Source: an uncultured Candidatus Actinomarina sp. (GTDB taxonomy: Bacteria > Actinomycetota > Acidimicrobiia > Actinomarinales > Actinomarinaceae). Taken from it: 64,000 nt of DNA. The stretch is from positions 14,064-78,063 of the forward strand of contig CACOBL010000004.1 of NCBI GenBank assembly GCA_902625455.1, given 5' to 3'. Below, piece by piece: positions 63,467 to 64,000 of this stretch. The notes below the pieces were generated by a model. That model saw only the letters and a list, made by a program, of their open reading frames with translations. It was not told the origin of the DNA and searched no databases. The translations under genes were made by a program, and so were the position numbers. The stretch's first letter is position 1. Every line of letters begins with the position of its first letter.

Positions 63467-64000
63467 TTAGCCTTTCTCATCTTTTACTTTTGACTGAAGT
63501 TCAACTTCTTTTTGAAGTTGCTCAATCTTATCTAAATCGCCTAGATATCCTATTTTTACATTTTCATTTTCAGATATTTTATATGCTAGTGGAATTCCTG
63601 TAGGTATGTTGACATCTACTATTTCTACATTAGATAAATTGTCTAGCATCTTAACCATAGCTCTAATGCTATTACCATGCGCAATTACTAGTACTTGCTT
63701 TGTTTTTGCTAATTCTATTAAATTTATAAATGTGGGATTTACTCTTTCGACGACTTTTTCTAGCGACTCACCTAAAGGTAATTCTTCTTTAATATTTTCA
63801 TATTTTTTATCTGTTTTTGGATCAAACTTAGAACCTATTTCAGCAAGTGGTGGAAGTACATCATAACTTCTTCTCCAAAGTTGCACCTGGTCTTGACCGT
63901 ATTTTTTTGCGGTTTCAATTTTATCTAAACCTTGAAGTGCTCCGTAATGTCTTTCGTTCAGTTGCCATATAGCTTTTGTTTCAATATTGAAATCTGTTTC
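63467..64000 (-). CDS. gpmA: 2,3-bisphosphoglycerate-dependent phosphoglycerate mutase, 5' part outside the window
   Basis: QLWRRSYDVLPP...VLVIAHGNSIRAMVKMLDNLSNVEIVDVNIPTGIPLAY is collinear with GpmA. The frame stays open to the window end (..WQLNERHYGALQGLDKIETAKKYG). Confidence 0.85.
   Translation of the reverse strand, partial: ETDFNIETKAIWQLNERHYGALQGLDKIETAKKYGQDQVQLWRRSYDVLPPLAEIGSKFDPKTDKKYENIKEELPLGESLEKVVERVNPTFINLIELAKTKQVLVIAHGNSIRAMVKMLDNLSNVEIVDVNIPTGIPLAYKISENENVKIGYLGDLDKIEQLQKEVELQSKVKDEKG

Overview
This 64 kb window is AT-rich (visually about 30% GC, except the rRNA genes) and densely coding, with many 4-30 nt gene overlaps and, from the start codons checked, frequent TTG/ATT starts. 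Gene content and order reproduce several syntenic blocks known from Mycobacterium/Streptomyces, so I infer a streamlined low-GC actinobacterial chromosome (Ca. Actinomarina-like); the blocks are listed below.

Plus strand, 1-16.4 kb:
- mltG-efp-nusB
- mIHF-gmk-rpoZ-coaBC-priA-like-def-fmt-rpe-ribD-ribE-ribBA-ribH
- infC-rpmI-rplT-pheS-pheT
- mpg-tyrS

rRNA operon, 16.6-21.5 kb:
- A complete 16S-23S-5S operon with no tRNA in the spacer.

After the operon, 21.5-27 kb:
- Enzymes: MBL-fold hydrolase, a GGT-like protein, SURF1, an alpha/beta hydrolase, adenosine deaminase.

Minus strand, 27-37 kb:
- A cell-division/regulatory cluster: MerR, BFN/DUF151, D,D-carboxypeptidase, FtsR-like MerR, FHA/GarA-like, pgsA.
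- A five-gene Opp/Dpp-type ABC transporter: two ATPases, two permeases and a lipoprotein substrate-binding protein.

37-45.7 kb:
- der, ispH, cmk, rluB, scpB, scpA, HD-domain protein, xerD, pyrG, nadK.

45.7-54.3 kb:
- rhomboid, HAD, GNAT, an acidic zinc-ribbon protein, DAG-kinase-like, Ski2-like helicase.
- tatC, an unlisted TatA-like small ORF, pafC/pafB-like WYL regulators, ferredoxin, trmI.

54.3-64 kb:
- Three coupled small membrane ORFs, an AI-2E transporter and a large membrane protein.
- trmL, crcB, yajQ.
- A redox-flavoured operon (guaC-grx-CDF-msrB-DCC-small membrane protein).
- Lon-N domain protein, GATase1, tRNA-Leu, secG, gpmA (partial).

I found no mobile elements, CRISPR arrays, integrases other than xerD, or obvious defence or toxin modules. 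I do not see a clear-cut novel multi-gene system in this window. The findings worth a second look are:
- a PriA homolog whose helicase core is missing;
- a GGT homolog lacking the catalytic Thr;
- a sub-threshold TatA-like ORF;
- pafBC retained without the Pup-proteasome genes;
- a chain of coupled micro-ORFs upstream of trmI;
- a tRNA-Leu with A34;
- several conserved hairpins or palindromes at the ABC operon and the rRNA leader/spacer.

Coordinates that I counted by hand (RNA ends, small ORFs, hairpins) may be off by a few nucleotides.
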